Source: Cylindrospermopsis raciborskii Cr2010 (GTDB lineage Bacteria > Cyanobacteriota > Cyanobacteriia > Cyanobacteriales > Nostocaceae). From it: 32,000 nt of DNA. How positions within the stretch are numbered: the stretch's first letter is position 1; every line of letters begins with the position of its first letter. The notes beneath the pieces were generated by a model, which was given only the letters and a program-made list of their open reading frames with translations, was not told the DNA's origin and did no database searches. This document shows positions 7,751-17,394 of this stretch, piece after piece. A program made the position numbers and the translations under genes. Where the stretch lies: the NCBI RefSeq assembly GCF_003367075.2, contig NZ_CP065936.1, forward strand, positions 930,001-962,000. The letters are read 5' to 3'.

Positions 7751-9913
7751 CTATTTAGGGGATAGATTTTTACGATTTTCCCTTCGCCATCTAGCTCTGA
7801 CTAAGCGAATCTCATTATAGGTATAACTATCACCCAAATAATCTCGAATGGGGGTTAAATTAATGTCACCCAAAACATCTATGACCTGCCAAATTTTCTT
7901 TTGTCTATCCAAAGGTATTAACAAATTCAAATCAACAGGTTGTTTTTTTTCTATCAGGTCTGACAGATGACGAATAATGGTGGCAGTTTTCATATTCCGT
8001 TTTTGGGCAATTTGTTCAATAGTGAATCCTTGCTGGTGCAATTCCAAGGTAGTTGATTCTGTATTAGTTATTAGATCATCATCACTCTTTTTTGGTGGTT
8101 GCCAACTTTGTTCTTGAATATAGGATTGAATAACTGCCAAAAACCTTTCTCCATATTGGTTGACCTTATAACTAACCACCCCAGAAATTTGTCCTAACTC
8201 TTCTAGAGTTCTGGGTTTGATTTGGGCCATTAGTCGTAAGGTCGAATCTTGAAAAATAATATAGGGAGCTAAACCCAGTTCGTCAGCAATTTGTTTTCGT
8301 AGCTGTCTGAGTTCATTCATCAGAGCTTCTATATCTAAAGCCTTAGTATTAACAGCGACCAAATCAGCCTTTTGATATACGGGAGCAGCAATTGAAACTT
8401 GTCGTTGTTTTCGCATCACCTCCCAACTTAAAGCATTTAATTTTAACACCGAATAGCCATCATTAGTTTGTTCCAATAACCCTTGGTGCAACAAAGATCT
8501 GCATAACATTTTCCATTCATCTGCTGTTTTATCTTTCCCGATACCATAGGTAGAAAGTTGATCATGTTTATGCAAAGAAATTTTTTGATTTTTCGTCCCT
8601 CTTAACACATCAATAATATAATTCATACCATATTTTTCCTGACATCGTGCTACACAAGATAAAAACTTCATTGCTTCCACAGTCCAATCTTGCAAGGGTT
8701 TGGGATAACGGCAATTATCACAATTAGCACAACTACCAGGAAATCTTTCCCCAAAATACCCCAATTGAATTGTGCGTCTACAGTCCGTTCCTTCAGCATA
8801 ATCTATCACTTGTCTTAACTGCTGTTTAGCAATCAGCTGTTCTTGGGGATCGGTTTTCTTACCTATACTCCATTCAATGGTTTTCACATCACCAAAACTA
8901 AAAAATAAGGTGCATCGAGAGGGTTCCCCGTCTCTTCCAGCGCGACCTGACTCCTGATAATAACTTTCTAAATTTCTGGGCAAGTCACAGTGAATGACAA
9001 ACCGTACATCAGGTTTATTAATACCCATGCCAAAGGCAATAGTTGCCACCATAATTCGCACATCATCACGGATAAATCGAGTTTGGTTTTTGGCTCTTTC
9101 GTGATCAACTAAACCTGCATGATAGGGTAAAGCAGCAATTTGACTATTCTGTAGTTTTAAGGTTAGTTCATCTACGTTCTTACGGGTTAGACAGTAAATA
9201 ATTCCCGAACCCTCATTTTCTTTAATAATTTCTAATATTTCCCCATAGGAATTTCTATTTTTAGGCCGCACTTCATAGTACAGGTTCTGTCGGTTAAAAC
9301 TAGCAATGTGAACCGCTGGTTGTTTCAATCCCAACTGTTGGATGATATCAGCTCTCACTCTATCGGTAGCAGTTGCGGTTAGAGCTATGGTGGGAACATG
9401 AGAAAATCGCTTCCTCAACAAGATTAATTGTCTATATTCTGGACGAAAATCATGACCCCACTCAGAAACACAATGGGCTTCATCAATAACAAAGTTAGCC
9501 AGGCCAAATTTTTCTTTAACCACATCTAAAATGGGCAAAAATCTCTCGCTCACTAATCTTTCTGGAGCTACATATAATAATTTCACCTTACCATTCATGA
9601 TCGCTTCTTCCCGAGAGCGAACTTGATAAGTAGTGAGACTGCTATTAATAAGAGTGGCAGAAATATTATTATTTCTTAGTGCTTCCACCTGATCTTGCAT
9701 TAATGCTATCAGGGGAGATACTACAACTGTTAAACCTGGTTTCAAAAGAGCTGGTAATTGGAAACATAGGGATTTTCCACCTCCCGTGGGCATAACTACC
9801 ATTAAATCACGGTTTTCTAGTGCATCTTCTATAATTTGTCTTTGTCCGGGACGAAATTGGTCATAACCAAAGTATTTTTTTAATTCTTTTTCTAAATCGG
9901 GATACTGCATCAT
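7751..9913 (-). CDS. recQ: ATP-dependent DNA helicase RecQ with HRDC and C-terminal helix-turn-helix region
   Basis: MVVMPTGGGKSLCFQLPAL, FVIDEAHCVSEWGHDFRP, ALTATAT, SYYQESGRAGRDG, zinc-binding CANCDNCRYP, HRDC-like region, C-terminal LHQQGFTIEQIAQKRNMKTATIIRHLSDL. Confidence 0.97.
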   Translation of the reverse strand: MMQYPDLEKELKKYFGYDQFRPGQRQIIEDALENRDLMVVMPTGGGKSLCFQLPALLKPGLTVVVSPLIALMQDQVEALRNNNISATLINSSLTTYQVRSREEAIMNGKVKLLYVAPERLVSERFLPILDVVKEKFGLANFVIDEAHCVSEWGHDFRPEYRQLILLRKRFSHVPTIALTATATDRVRADIIQQLGLKQPAVHIASFNRQNLYYEVRPKNRNSYGEILEIIKENEGSGIIYCLTRKNVDELTLKLQNSQIAALPYHAGLVDHERAKNQTRFIRDDVRIMVATIAFGMGINKPDVRFVIHCDLPRNLESYYQESGRAGRDGEPSRCTLFFSFGDVKTIEWSIGKKTDPQEQLIAKQQLRQVIDYAEGTDCRRTIQLGYFGERFPGSCANCDNCRYPKPLQDWTVEAMKFLSCVARCQEKYGMNYIIDVLRGTKNQKISLHKHDQLSTYGIGKDKTADEWKMLCRSLLHQGLLEQTNDGYSVLKLNALSWEVMRKQRQVSIAAPVYQKADLVAVNTKALDIEALMNELRQLRKQIADELGLAPYIIFQDSTLRLMAQIKPRTLEELGQISGVVSYKVNQYGERFLAVIQSYIQEQSWQPPKKSDDDLITNTESTTLELHQQGFTIEQIAQKRNMKTATIIRHLSDLIEKKQPVDLNLLIPLDRQKKIWQVIDVLGDINLTPIRDYLGDSYTYNEIRLVRARWRRENRKNLSPK

Positions 9914-10062
9914 GGTCAGTAACTAGGGGTAGATCAATCTAATCTTTAGCAATGACAATATCAGAAGTTAATTCAACTCTATGGATAATTTCTAAGGTCA
10001 CCTCCGTACTTACCTTTCCTATGGTCACCTGTTTAATCACTTATATTATCCCGAGCGCAGGA

Positions 10063-10632
10063 CTAACTGTGAAGACTACCATCTGGCATAATCGCACCGG
10101 TTAAAAAAGTTTCACTCATGTCCGTAGCACTTAAATTTGCCATGGACAAGTTCACTTCACACATGTTGGCTTCACTTAAATCCGCACCGGTTAGATCCGC
10201 TCCTTGTAGGTCAGCTTTCCACATCCGCACACCGCCCATTTTTGCGCCATTCAATTTGGCGCTTTGTAAGTTGGCAGCTGTGATTGATGCTTGATGTAAA
10301 TCAGCATCACACAAATTGGCATCTACTAGTAATGCTCCACTAAGATCGGACTCATTTAAATGAGCATTGATTAGTATAGCCTGTGTCAAATCAGCTCCGC
10401 ACAAAATTACTTCCGATAAATGGGCATTTTCTAGTTTTGCACCTCGCAGATTGGCTTGGCTTAAATTCGCTCCACTCAGGGAAATTCCCGTCATATCGGA
10501 CCAACTTAGATCTGCTCTAGCAAAGTCAATACCACCTAAATTAACCCCCCTGAGATTGACTGCTCGCAAGCAAATACCATTGAAGTTTCTTTCTCCCCTA
10601 GCGTATCTATTTAGTAGTTCTTTCACTTCCAT
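10063..10632 (-). CDS. Pentapeptide repeat protein
   Basis: Runs of A(D/N)LxxA repeats across nearly the full 189 aa (ANLSQANLRGAKLENAHL...ADLQGADLTGADLSEANM). Confidence 0.93.
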   Translation of the reverse strand: MEVKELLNRYARGERNFNGICLRAVNLRGVNLGGIDFARADLSWSDMTGISLSGANLSQANLRGAKLENAHLSEVILCGADLTQAILINAHLNESDLSGALLVDANLCDADLHQASITAANLQSAKLNGAKMGGVRMWKADLQGADLTGADLSEANMCEVNLSMANLSATDMSETFLTGAIMPDGSLHS

Positions 10633-10661
10633 GGTTATACCTCCACTTTATTCCGTATTCC

Positions 10662-11867
10662 CTATACTTTGATAAACCAACGTTGTCGATACATGAAAAA
10701 TGCTAGACCGTACCACAATGATAGGGTAGCAAGTGCAAATAAAAATGAGCCGTTGGTATTACCTACCCAGGAAGCAAACAGATTGCGGTAAATCCAATTG
10801 TATACGCTTATGGCATTATCTCCTTCACCAATTTTCAATTTTACGGTGACTTTAATGAGAAAAACTGATGCAACAAACAGGGCGATCGCATTTAGTCCAA
10901 TAATTTCAAATCCTTTACTCCAACGTTTAATTTTTCTCACCTCTATTAGATCGTAACACGCTGCCAAAAAAACTAACCCCCAACCAGTACTAAACAAAAC
11001 GTAGGAACTTGTCCAGAGTTTTTTATTAATGGGAAATAGACCATCCCAAATCATACCCACGACTAAACTACATAGTCCCCACAGGACTAAATCCATACTA
11101 GTATGGGAGTTAATGGTGCTTTTTCTTATCCATTGTCCGGCAAAATACCCAAAGAGAACATTGACTATTGCGGGAATGGTACTAAACAACCCTTCTGGAT
11201 CACCCCTGAAGTTAAACCCATCTCCTGCATATAAATGGGGTTTAGCAATAATTAATCTATCAATAAACGCCCCGAAATTTCCCTCTTGGGTGAGCATACC
11301 CGCACCATAATCAGGAACAGGAATATACATCATGGTCAACCAATAAAATATCAGCAGTATTCCTGCCAATGCCCATTGAGTTTTTTCTGGTAATTTTAAA
11401 ACTATTAAAGAAGCAAACAAGTAGGCTAAACCAATTCTTTGCAATACCCCCATCACTCGTAAACTTTGTAAATCAAAACTGCCAACGCCTTGATTCCAAA
11501 AACCGTTTAGTAGCAGTCCTAAAGTAAATAGTATTACTGCACGACGGCACAAATTGAAATAAACCAAATTATCTAACTTACTCTCCAAACTATATTTAGA
11601 TAGGGAGAAGCTCATAGCCACCCCAACAATAAATAAAAAAAAGGGAAAAACCAAGTCCGTTGGCGTACAACCGTTCCATGGTGCATGGGAAAGAAAAGGA
11701 TAGACGTCTGGTACAACACCTGCCATATTAGCAATAATCATCATTGCAATTGTCAAGCCACGAAAAACATCTAAAGAGATTAGACGCATAGAGATTATAT
11801 TATTTTGGGGTTGGCTGCTGTTCGACCTACCAAGATTGTTAAGGTCTGGGTAGGTTTGGGTAGACAT
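10662..11867 (-). CDS. Multi-TM acyltransferase-like protein, DUF1624/DUF5009, heparan-alpha-glucosaminide N-acetyltransferase-like
   Basis: MRLISLDVFRGLTIAMMIIANMAG, APWNGCTPTDLVFPFFLFIVGVAMSFS, RRAVILFTLGLLLNGF, LRVMGVLQRIGLAYL. MRLISLDVFRG (Met27) may be the true start. Confidence 0.85.
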   Translation of the reverse strand: MSTQTYPDLNNLGRSNSSQPQNNIISMRLISLDVFRGLTIAMMIIANMAGVVPDVYPFLSHAPWNGCTPTDLVFPFFLFIVGVAMSFSLSKYSLESKLDNLVYFNLCRRAVILFTLGLLLNGFWNQGVGSFDLQSLRVMGVLQRIGLAYLFASLIVLKLPEKTQWALAGILLIFYWLTMMYIPVPDYGAGMLTQEGNFGAFIDRLIIAKPHLYAGDGFNFRGDPEGLFSTIPAIVNVLFGYFAGQWIRKSTINSHTSMDLVLWGLCSLVVGMIWDGLFPINKKLWTSSYVLFSTGWGLVFLAACYDLIEVRKIKRWSKGFEIIGLNAIALFVASVFLIKVTVKLKIGEGDNAISVYNWIYRNLFASWVGNTNGSFLFALATLSLWYGLAFFMYRQRWFIKV

Positions 11868-11943
11868 TAATGAGCGGTTAGAAACCGGGAAGATTATGAA
11901 GATTATATTGTAGAATTTTAATCAGTCTAGTTAACTTTTAAAT

Positions 11944-12405
11944 ATGTCCATCAAAATCGGGGATTCTGCACCAGAATTTAGTCTAACTTCTCAAAATGGC
12001 TCTACCATCAGCTTGAGAGATTTTCGCGGCAAAAAGGTGGTCGTCCTCTATTTTTACCCTAAGGACGACACCCCCGGTTGCACTGCGGAATCTTGCGCCT
12101 TCCGAGACCAATATGAAGTATTTAAAACTGCTGGCGCGGAGGTCATCGGTATCAGTGGTGACTCTAGGGAGTCTCACCAAAGATTCGCAACCAAATACAA
12201 TTTGCCTTTTACCCTATTGAGCGATCCAGGCGATCAAGTTAGAAAACAATACGGAGCAACCACTGCTTTTGGTTTCATACCTGGTCGGGTAACCTATATC
12301 ATCGATCAAAATGGCATTGTGCAATATGTGTTTGACTCTATGCTAAACTTTAACGGTCACGTTCAAGAAAGCCTGAAAAAACTCCAACAGCTTTCTTCCA
12401 TATAA
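11944..12405 (+). CDS. Thioredoxin-dependent peroxiredoxin, Bcp/PrxQ type
   Basis: VVLYFYPKDDTPGCTAESCAFRD with the two-Cys CX4C PrxQ signature; VIGISGDSRESHQRFATKYNLPFTLLSDP. Confidence 0.95.
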   Translation: MSIKIGDSAPEFSLTSQNGSTISLRDFRGKKVVVLYFYPKDDTPGCTAESCAFRDQYEVFKTAGAEVIGISGDSRESHQRFATKYNLPFTLLSDPGDQVRKQYGATTAFGFIPGRVTYIIDQNGIVQYVFDSMLNFNGHVQESLKKLQQLSSI

Positions 12406-12418
12406 CAATAATATTGAT

Positions 12419-12450
12419 TGGTGATGGGTGAATTATTTACCCTATCACCA
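12419..12450. terminator. Hairpin between convergent prxQ-like and lrtA genes
   Basis: tggtgatggg ... ccctatcacca, inverted repeat with a one-nt bulge, within the 61-bp convergent gap. Confidence 0.45.
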
Positions 12451-12466
12451 GTCTCCACAATTCTCC

Positions 12467-13093
12467 CTAGTGCACTACTTTAGACTTTTCAGAAGTGCTA
12501 GCGGTTTTACCGTTGGTGTGTCCATTTCCGTTACGGGGTTGAATTACCCCATATCCACCATGATTACGTTCATAGATCACATTGATTTCTCCACTCTCCG
12601 CATTGCGGAACATGTAAAAATCATGTCCCACCAACTGTAACTGTTCCTGCGCCTGGGCCAGAGTCATAGGTGGCATAGAAAAATACTTGGTTCTTACTAC
12701 CTCACCAGGTAGTTCAGGAGTTCGACCAGCTATTAAATCGGTCACTGGTTCAGGAACTAATGCTTCATTTGTGGGTATGGGCTGGGTTTTATGCTCTTGC
12801 CTTCTCTCTTTATACTTACGCAACTGACGTGCTATTTTATCCGCTACCAAATCTATACTCGCATATAGACTCTCACTGCTCTCTTCCGCTCTAATCACAC
12901 TACCATTAGCGTAAATTGTTACTTCTGCTGCTTGCTTGGTACTAATTCTAGGATTGCGAGCAACACTTAGGTGTATATCTACCTGATTTGTGATGTTTTG
13001 AAAGTGACTAACTGCTTTTTCAATTTTTTGATGTACATACTCACGTATTGCATCGGTGATTTCAATATTTTTGCCGTGGATGACAAGGTTCAT
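12467..13093 (-). CDS. lrtA: Ribosome hibernation factor / light-repressed protein LrtA (long HPF)
   Basis: [32 protein letters not shown]-terminal S30AE domain and C-terminal [51 protein letters not shown]. The track ORF starts at 13159; Met at 13093 fits the family start. Confidence 0.95.
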   Translation of the reverse strand: MNLVIHGKNIEITDAIREYVHQKIEKAVSHFQNITNQVDIHLSVARNPRISTKQAAEVTIYANGSVIRAEESSESLYASIDLVADKIARQLRKYKERRQEHKTQPIPTNEALVPEPVTDLIAGRTPELPGEVVRTKYFSMPPMTLAQAQEQLQLVGHDFYMFRNAESGEINVIYERNHGGYGVIQPRNGNGHTNGKTASTSEKSKVVH

Positions 13094-13377
13094 GTAAACT
13101 CTCCCGCTAAACTTGTTTATTTTCTTAAATCGTGGAGATCTAAAATTACGCTCCCACATATTAAGAGACGCTGATTGCCGATTATTCCTCCCAACATCTT
13201 TGAGGTTATATATTCTATATGTTTAGGTTAACACCTTTTCTGTAAGAAAGTTACTTCGTTGACTTTACTTTAAAATACTTTGCATTACTTGACATTTTTT
13301 TGTCCTGACTGCTGGTAAATAGAGCGATCGCCCTGTAAAGGTCTATATAGTCTATTTATTTAGTTCTTTATTTAGTC

Positions 13378-14082
13378 ATGAGTGATAATTCGCCAATCTA
13401 CCCACATCGTTGTTTATTGTATAATAGGGGGTTAACACCATACCTTGATGTTCTTGTATGGCAAAGACAGTTACTCCAGGAGCGGATTGAGAATAGTGAT
13501 TTAGAGGATGTAATTATTCTGGTAGAACACCCTCCAGTCTACACCTTGGGACAGGGTGCAGATCCTAACTTTCTCAAATTTGATCTTGACAAAAGTGAGT
13601 ATAACGTGCATCGAGTAGAAAGAGGTGGGGAAGTGACCTACCACTGTCCAGGACAACTGGTAGGGTATCCGATTTTAAACTTGCGTCGTTATAGTCAAGA
13701 CCTACATTGGTACTTGCGCCAACTGGAGCAGGTATTAATTGATGTTTTAGCCAGTTATGGTTTAGTAGGGGAAAGGATCTCCGGTTTAACGGGTGTTTGG
13801 GTAGAAGGAAAAAAAGTTGCTGCTATAGGGATTAAAGTCAGTCGTTGGGTAACTATGCACGGGTTTGCTTTAAATGTTTGTCCTGACATGACAGGTTTTG
13901 AAAAGATTGTACCTTGTGGGATTAAAGATAAAAAGGTTGCCAGTTTAGCTGAGTGGATTCCCGATATTGACTGTTTAGCAGTACGTCCCCGGGTAGCTGA
14001 GTGTTTTGCCAAGGTTTTTGGGGTAAAATTGCAGGATGTGATTTCCATACTTCCTGGTGGGAAAAAATATCTCTGTTCTTAG
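13378..14082 (+). CDS. lipB: Octanoyltransferase (lipoyl(octanoyl) transferase)
   Basis: [65 protein letters not shown]. Confidence 0.96.
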   Translation: MSDNSPIYPHRCLLYNRGLTPYLDVLVWQRQLLQERIENSDLEDVIILVEHPPVYTLGQGADPNFLKFDLDKSEYNVHRVERGGEVTYHCPGQLVGYPILNLRRYSQDLHWYLRQLEQVLIDVLASYGLVGERISGLTGVWVEGKKVAAIGIKVSRWVTMHGFALNVCPDMTGFEKIVPCGIKDKKVASLAEWIPDIDCLAVRPRVAECFAKVFGVKLQDVISILPGGKKYLCS

Positions 14083-14107
14083 GATTTTAGTTTGATAAAC
14101 AAGAATG

Positions 14108-14126
14108 ACCGCCCTAAAAGGGCGGT
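14108..14126. terminator. Perfect GC-rich hairpin between convergent lipB and the 14140-14907 gene
   Basis: accgccct (14108-14115), aaa, agggcggt (14119-14126). No long T tract on either side. Confidence 0.5.
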
Positions 14127-14139
14127 GGAGATTCTATAT

Positions 14140-14907
14140 CTATTTTAAACCACCCTGCAAATCAACCAATGTTTCAGATAACTTAGTCAAACGACTCTCT
14201 AAATAGAGTTTACGTCCCAGGAGATGGCGTAACTTTTGGTAGCGTGCTATAGCTATGCTAATACTAGGAACTTCTTCTACAGAACAAGGACGTGACCAAA
14301 GTTGACCATTAGCATCCACACCACAAAGACGATAGTCTGTGCGAGATGATTGGTTGACTGTCACTTCTGACTGAGAAATCTTCTGTACATAGTCCAAAAT
14401 AGCTTCAATTTCCCCATGACGCAGGGTTGCAGTTCCTTCCATTGGTTGGGTATTGGATTCTAGCCAACCATTAATCACCTGACCTTCTAAGTAAATATCT
14501 TGAATTTGCTGGAGAATTATTTCTAACTCACCCTGCCAAGCTACCACGGTTTGTTGTATCTCTTGCAAAAGACCGATTGTAAACCCAGGATTGGCACTGT
14601 GTCTATGATTACTAAAACTAGGGGTTTTGAATTTAGGTAAGTCCGGAGTTTTGCTGTCAATATCTTGGGTAGGGAAGGTTGGGACTGAAGATGATATGTG
14701 CTCTTGAAGTTGGGAGTTGATTTTTTTATTGCTGTTTATATCAACAGTTTCTTGACCGGTGTTGTTTAACTGGGTAGTATCGCTACCCAAGCTAACCCTA
14801 AAGGAGAAAGGTCGTTTTTTAGCTGGGGATTTTGCTGATAGTGACTCAGGATTACGGATCCCTAAATCATGTAAAGTTGCCTCAATCCGTTTCAAGCCTG
14901 GTTTCAT
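14140..14907 (-). CDS. Hypothetical protein with a low-complexity N-terminal half and a helical C-terminal half
   Basis: 255 aa intact ORF. The C-terminal QNEIQQTVVAWQGELEIILQQI-like region, LCGVDANGQLWSRPCSVEEVPSISIAIARYQKLRHLLGRKLYLESRLTKLSETL, looks protein-like. No family recognised. Confidence 0.65.
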   Translation of the reverse strand: MKPGLKRIEATLHDLGIRNPESLSAKSPAKKRPFSFRVSLGSDTTQLNNTGQETVDINSNKKINSQLQEHISSSVPTFPTQDIDSKTPDLPKFKTPSFSNHRHSANPGFTIGLLQEIQQTVVAWQGELEIILQQIQDIYLEGQVINGWLESNTQPMEGTATLRHGEIEAILDYVQKISQSEVTVNQSSRTDYRLCGVDANGQLWSRPCSVEEVPSISIAIARYQKLRHLLGRKLYLESRLTKLSETLVDLQGGLK

Positions 14908-15109
14908 CTTTCTTCTCTCCTGGAGACCGCCGATTTAGCTTCGGGAGGAAAGGAGGGACGATGTCTAAGCAACATAGCTATAGTCATCCTTCTTGTAAAT
15001 AACTCGACACGTGTACCATAATACCACATTTCCAACCCTTCAACCATAAGAAAACTTATCTTGCTTGCCACCAAATATAATTTTTTCCTATTGTTTATCA
15101 ATTTACAAT

Positions 15110-16250
15110 AGACATCTCCGGAAATAGCCAAAGCGTTACCAATACTACTTTTTAAGGTGAGACACCCCAATACAAAAGTAGCTGACTGGTATGCTAAAAT
15201 AAGCGTTAGAGATGCCTCTTGTTGGGAATTAACCAAAAGATAACACCTATGTGAGATAATTTATTTTTAGCCAAGTCCAAATCTTGATAACTAAAATAAG
15301 TAGGTTCCCATTCGGAAACGAACAAGTCCACAAATAGTCATGATTACCTGTTCATACTTACTTGAATTTAATCGAAATCTTTCTTGTGCCACTCTGAATA
15401 TTTTCACTACACGAATTAAATGTTCAACAAAAATTCGTTCGGAAGCTAACTCTTTATTTTTTTCTTTTTGTTCAGACGTTAATTCTTGGTTTTTAGGTTT
15501 TTTTGTCGGAGTTTTCATTAACTCCTCTCCTTGATAAGCTTTATCACCACTAAATTTTTGTTTTTTATCAAATATATTTCTGGTTTCACGGAATAAATTT
15601 ACATCACTTTTTGGACCAGGTTTACCCGCTACTACATCAACAATATCTTTACCATTTGGTAAAACGATTAGTTGACTTTTTCTAGTATGACAGGCTTTTT
15701 TACCTGAATAATATTTTTTTTGTTCTTGGTACTCTCCAGGTCTGTCTATAGGCTGTTCATAGCTATCCACTATTAACTCAAATTCTGTTAATATTTCTTT
15801 AACGACTTCGTAATCACTGGAGTTTTTTTTTACCTGTTCTAGCAAACTTGGTGGCAATAATTCTCCTATTATTGGCAACCAATAGTTAAAGATATCATTT
15901 GCAGTTGTTTCACTTACTCCAAATTGAATACCTAGTAGCTGAAATGTTGTTAACTGCCGTAAATATGTTAATGTTAAGATTATTTGCTCCGACGGTGATA
16001 ATTTGGGTTTGCGCCCTCCACCGCCTTGAATAATTCGGGTTTTTTTTGATTCAACCAATTGTTGTTTCTGATGATGCAGTTTTATGGCTTTTTCCAAAAG
16101 TTGCTGTAACTGCTCATACTTCAGACCCAATAAACGGTGTGATTCGTGAGGATTATTCTGGATATATTCAGATATGTTGCTCATAATAAGTTGCCAAAAA
16201 TACCATTTCATATTATTTTATCACACTTTGATTCTTTTTCGGAGATGTCT
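15110..16250 (-). mobile_element. IS5-like insertion sequence, about 1.14 kb
   Basis: Ends agacatctccgGAAATAGCCAAAGCG (15110-) and, reverse complemented from 16250, agacatctccgAAAAAGAATCAAAGTG. The 11-bp core matches perfectly and the rest imperfectly. A possible TA duplication flanks the gacatctccg core (15109-15110 / 16250-16251). A transposase lies inside. Confidence 0.8.
15291..16184 (-). CDS. IS5-family DDE transposase (DDE_Tnp_4-like)
   Basis: MSNISEYIQNNPHESHRLLGLKYEQ start; helix-turn-helix region; candidate catalytic residues in IVDSYEQPIDRP, FSGDKAYQG and SERIFVEHLIRVVKIFR. No internal stop. The track start at 16211 is upstream of the likely true start. Confidence 0.9.
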   Translation of the reverse strand: MSNISEYIQNNPHESHRLLGLKYEQLQQLLEKAIKLHHQKQQLVESKKTRIIQGGGGRKPKLSPSEQIILTLTYLRQLTTFQLLGIQFGVSETTANDIFNYWLPIIGELLPPSLLEQVKKNSSDYEVVKEILTEFELIVDSYEQPIDRPGEYQEQKKYYSGKKACHTRKSQLIVLPNGKDIVDVVAGKPGPKSDVNLFRETRNIFDKKQKFSGDKAYQGEELMKTPTKKPKNQELTSEQKEKNKELASERIFVEHLIRVVKIFRVAQERFRLNSSKYEQVIMTICGLVRFRMGTYLF

Positions 16251-16300
16251 AATAGACATCGGTTGGGTTTTCTTTGTAACAACATGCAATCAAATATATA

Positions 16301-16858
16301 ATGGCAAATATGGGAAAAATTATCCTAGTTACTGGTCCAGCACGTTCAGGAAAAAGCGAATGGGCAGAAAATTTAGCCATCGAGTCAGGGAAAAAGGTAG
16401 TTTATATAGCCACTGCTAATGAGAATCCCCATGATCTGGAATGGCAACAACGCATTGAAAAACATCAGCAACGTCGTCCAAAAACTTGGGTAACTATGTG
16501 TGTTTCCAGGGAACTGACAGGGAGTTTGAAGAATCAAACAGCTGACACCTGTATTTTAATTGATTCTCTGGGTACCTGGGTGGCCAATTGTTTAGAGCAG
16601 GATGATCTCAGTTGGGAAAAAACTCTGGAGGAATTTTTGGCAGACCTACCTTTGGTAGATGGGGATTTGCTATTTGTAGCAGAAGAAACCGGTTGGGGTG
16701 TGGTCCCAGCTTACCCCACAGGGCGTAAATTTCGGGATCGGTTGGGTGGGTTGGTACGTCAGTTGGGGAGAATTTCTCACACGGTCTACCTGGTGACTGG
16801 AGGTTATGTTTTGAATTTGAGTATTTTGGGTGTTGCTCTACCACAGGTGAAATCTTAA
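16301..16858 (+). CDS. cobU: Adenosylcobinamide kinase / adenosylcobinamide-phosphate guanylyltransferase
   Basis: KIILVTGPARSGKSEWAE P-loop, VYIATANENPHDLEWQQRIEKHQQRRPKTW, LIDSLGTWVANCL, VAEETGWGVVPAYPTGRKFRDRLG, VYLVTGGYVLNLSILG. Confidence 0.96.
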   Translation: MANMGKIILVTGPARSGKSEWAENLAIESGKKVVYIATANENPHDLEWQQRIEKHQQRRPKTWVTMCVSRELTGSLKNQTADTCILIDSLGTWVANCLEQDDLSWEKTLEEFLADLPLVDGDLLFVAEETGWGVVPAYPTGRKFRDRLGGLVRQLGRISHTVYLVTGGYVLNLSILGVALPQVKS

Positions 16859-16914
16859 GAAGGAATTCAACATTGACAAGTTCAATTACGGAATTAGTGA
16901 TTAAAATAGGGATT

Positions 16915-17328
16915 ATGGCAAACAAACAAGAAGTCAAAAAATACCTGGCCCACTGGTTTCAATTAGGTAAAAAGGTTATAGTTGGTCAAAACCATCACAG
17001 CTTCTTACCAAGTACCGTTTTAAAAGGCGATCGCTATAGTCAAGAGTTTGAAAACTGTTGGCAAGAAATTCTATCCTTAGAAACCCGCGATTGTTATTTA
17101 GAGGGAACCCAAGAAACCATAGCCCAATTGTTAACACCTAGCTGGGAAATCTTACCCTGTGGACGCTGTGCAATGCCAGTCCCCATTAAGACCATAGGAC
17201 TGCCATCAAACTCCTGTCCCTGTTACTACATGCTCACCTGGCCTAATAGTGATTTACCAGCACCTAGATGTCCAGTTAACTCCCAAGAACATTTAACATC
17301 TATCCGCGATCGCCTGTTGTATAGCTGA
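16915..17328 (+). CDS. Conserved hypothetical protein with CGRC and CPC motifs
   Basis: Intact ORF. MANKQEVKKYLAHWFQLGKKVIVG is the likely start (track start 16873). Cys motifs CGRCAMP and NSCPCYY. Confidence 0.65.
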   Translation: MANKQEVKKYLAHWFQLGKKVIVGQNHHSFLPSTVLKGDRYSQEFENCWQEILSLETRDCYLEGTQETIAQLLTPSWEILPCGRCAMPVPIKTIGLPSNSCPCYYMLTWPNSDLPAPRCPVNSQEHLTSIRDRLLYS

Positions 17329-17394
17329 ATGATAAATTGTTTTTTAATGGTTTTTTTTCAATAGTCATCAATAGTTAAAGTAGAGTGAAAACCG

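Noticed and set aside
10063-10632. Internal DNA repetitiveness that might suggest a tandem repeat or CRISPR-like array
   Set aside because: Explained by pentapeptide codon repeats (about 15-nt periodicity with A(D/N)LxxA translation). No repeat-spacer structure.
10367-11310. Plus-strand ORFs 10367-10672 and 11029-11310
   Set aside because: Antisense to the pentapeptide repeat and DUF1624-like genes. The first is an effect of the repetitive opposite strand.
15291-16419. ORFs 15340-15534 (+) and 16174-16419 (+)
   Set aside because: The first is antisense to the transposase. The second spans the IS right end and the cobU start in another frame.
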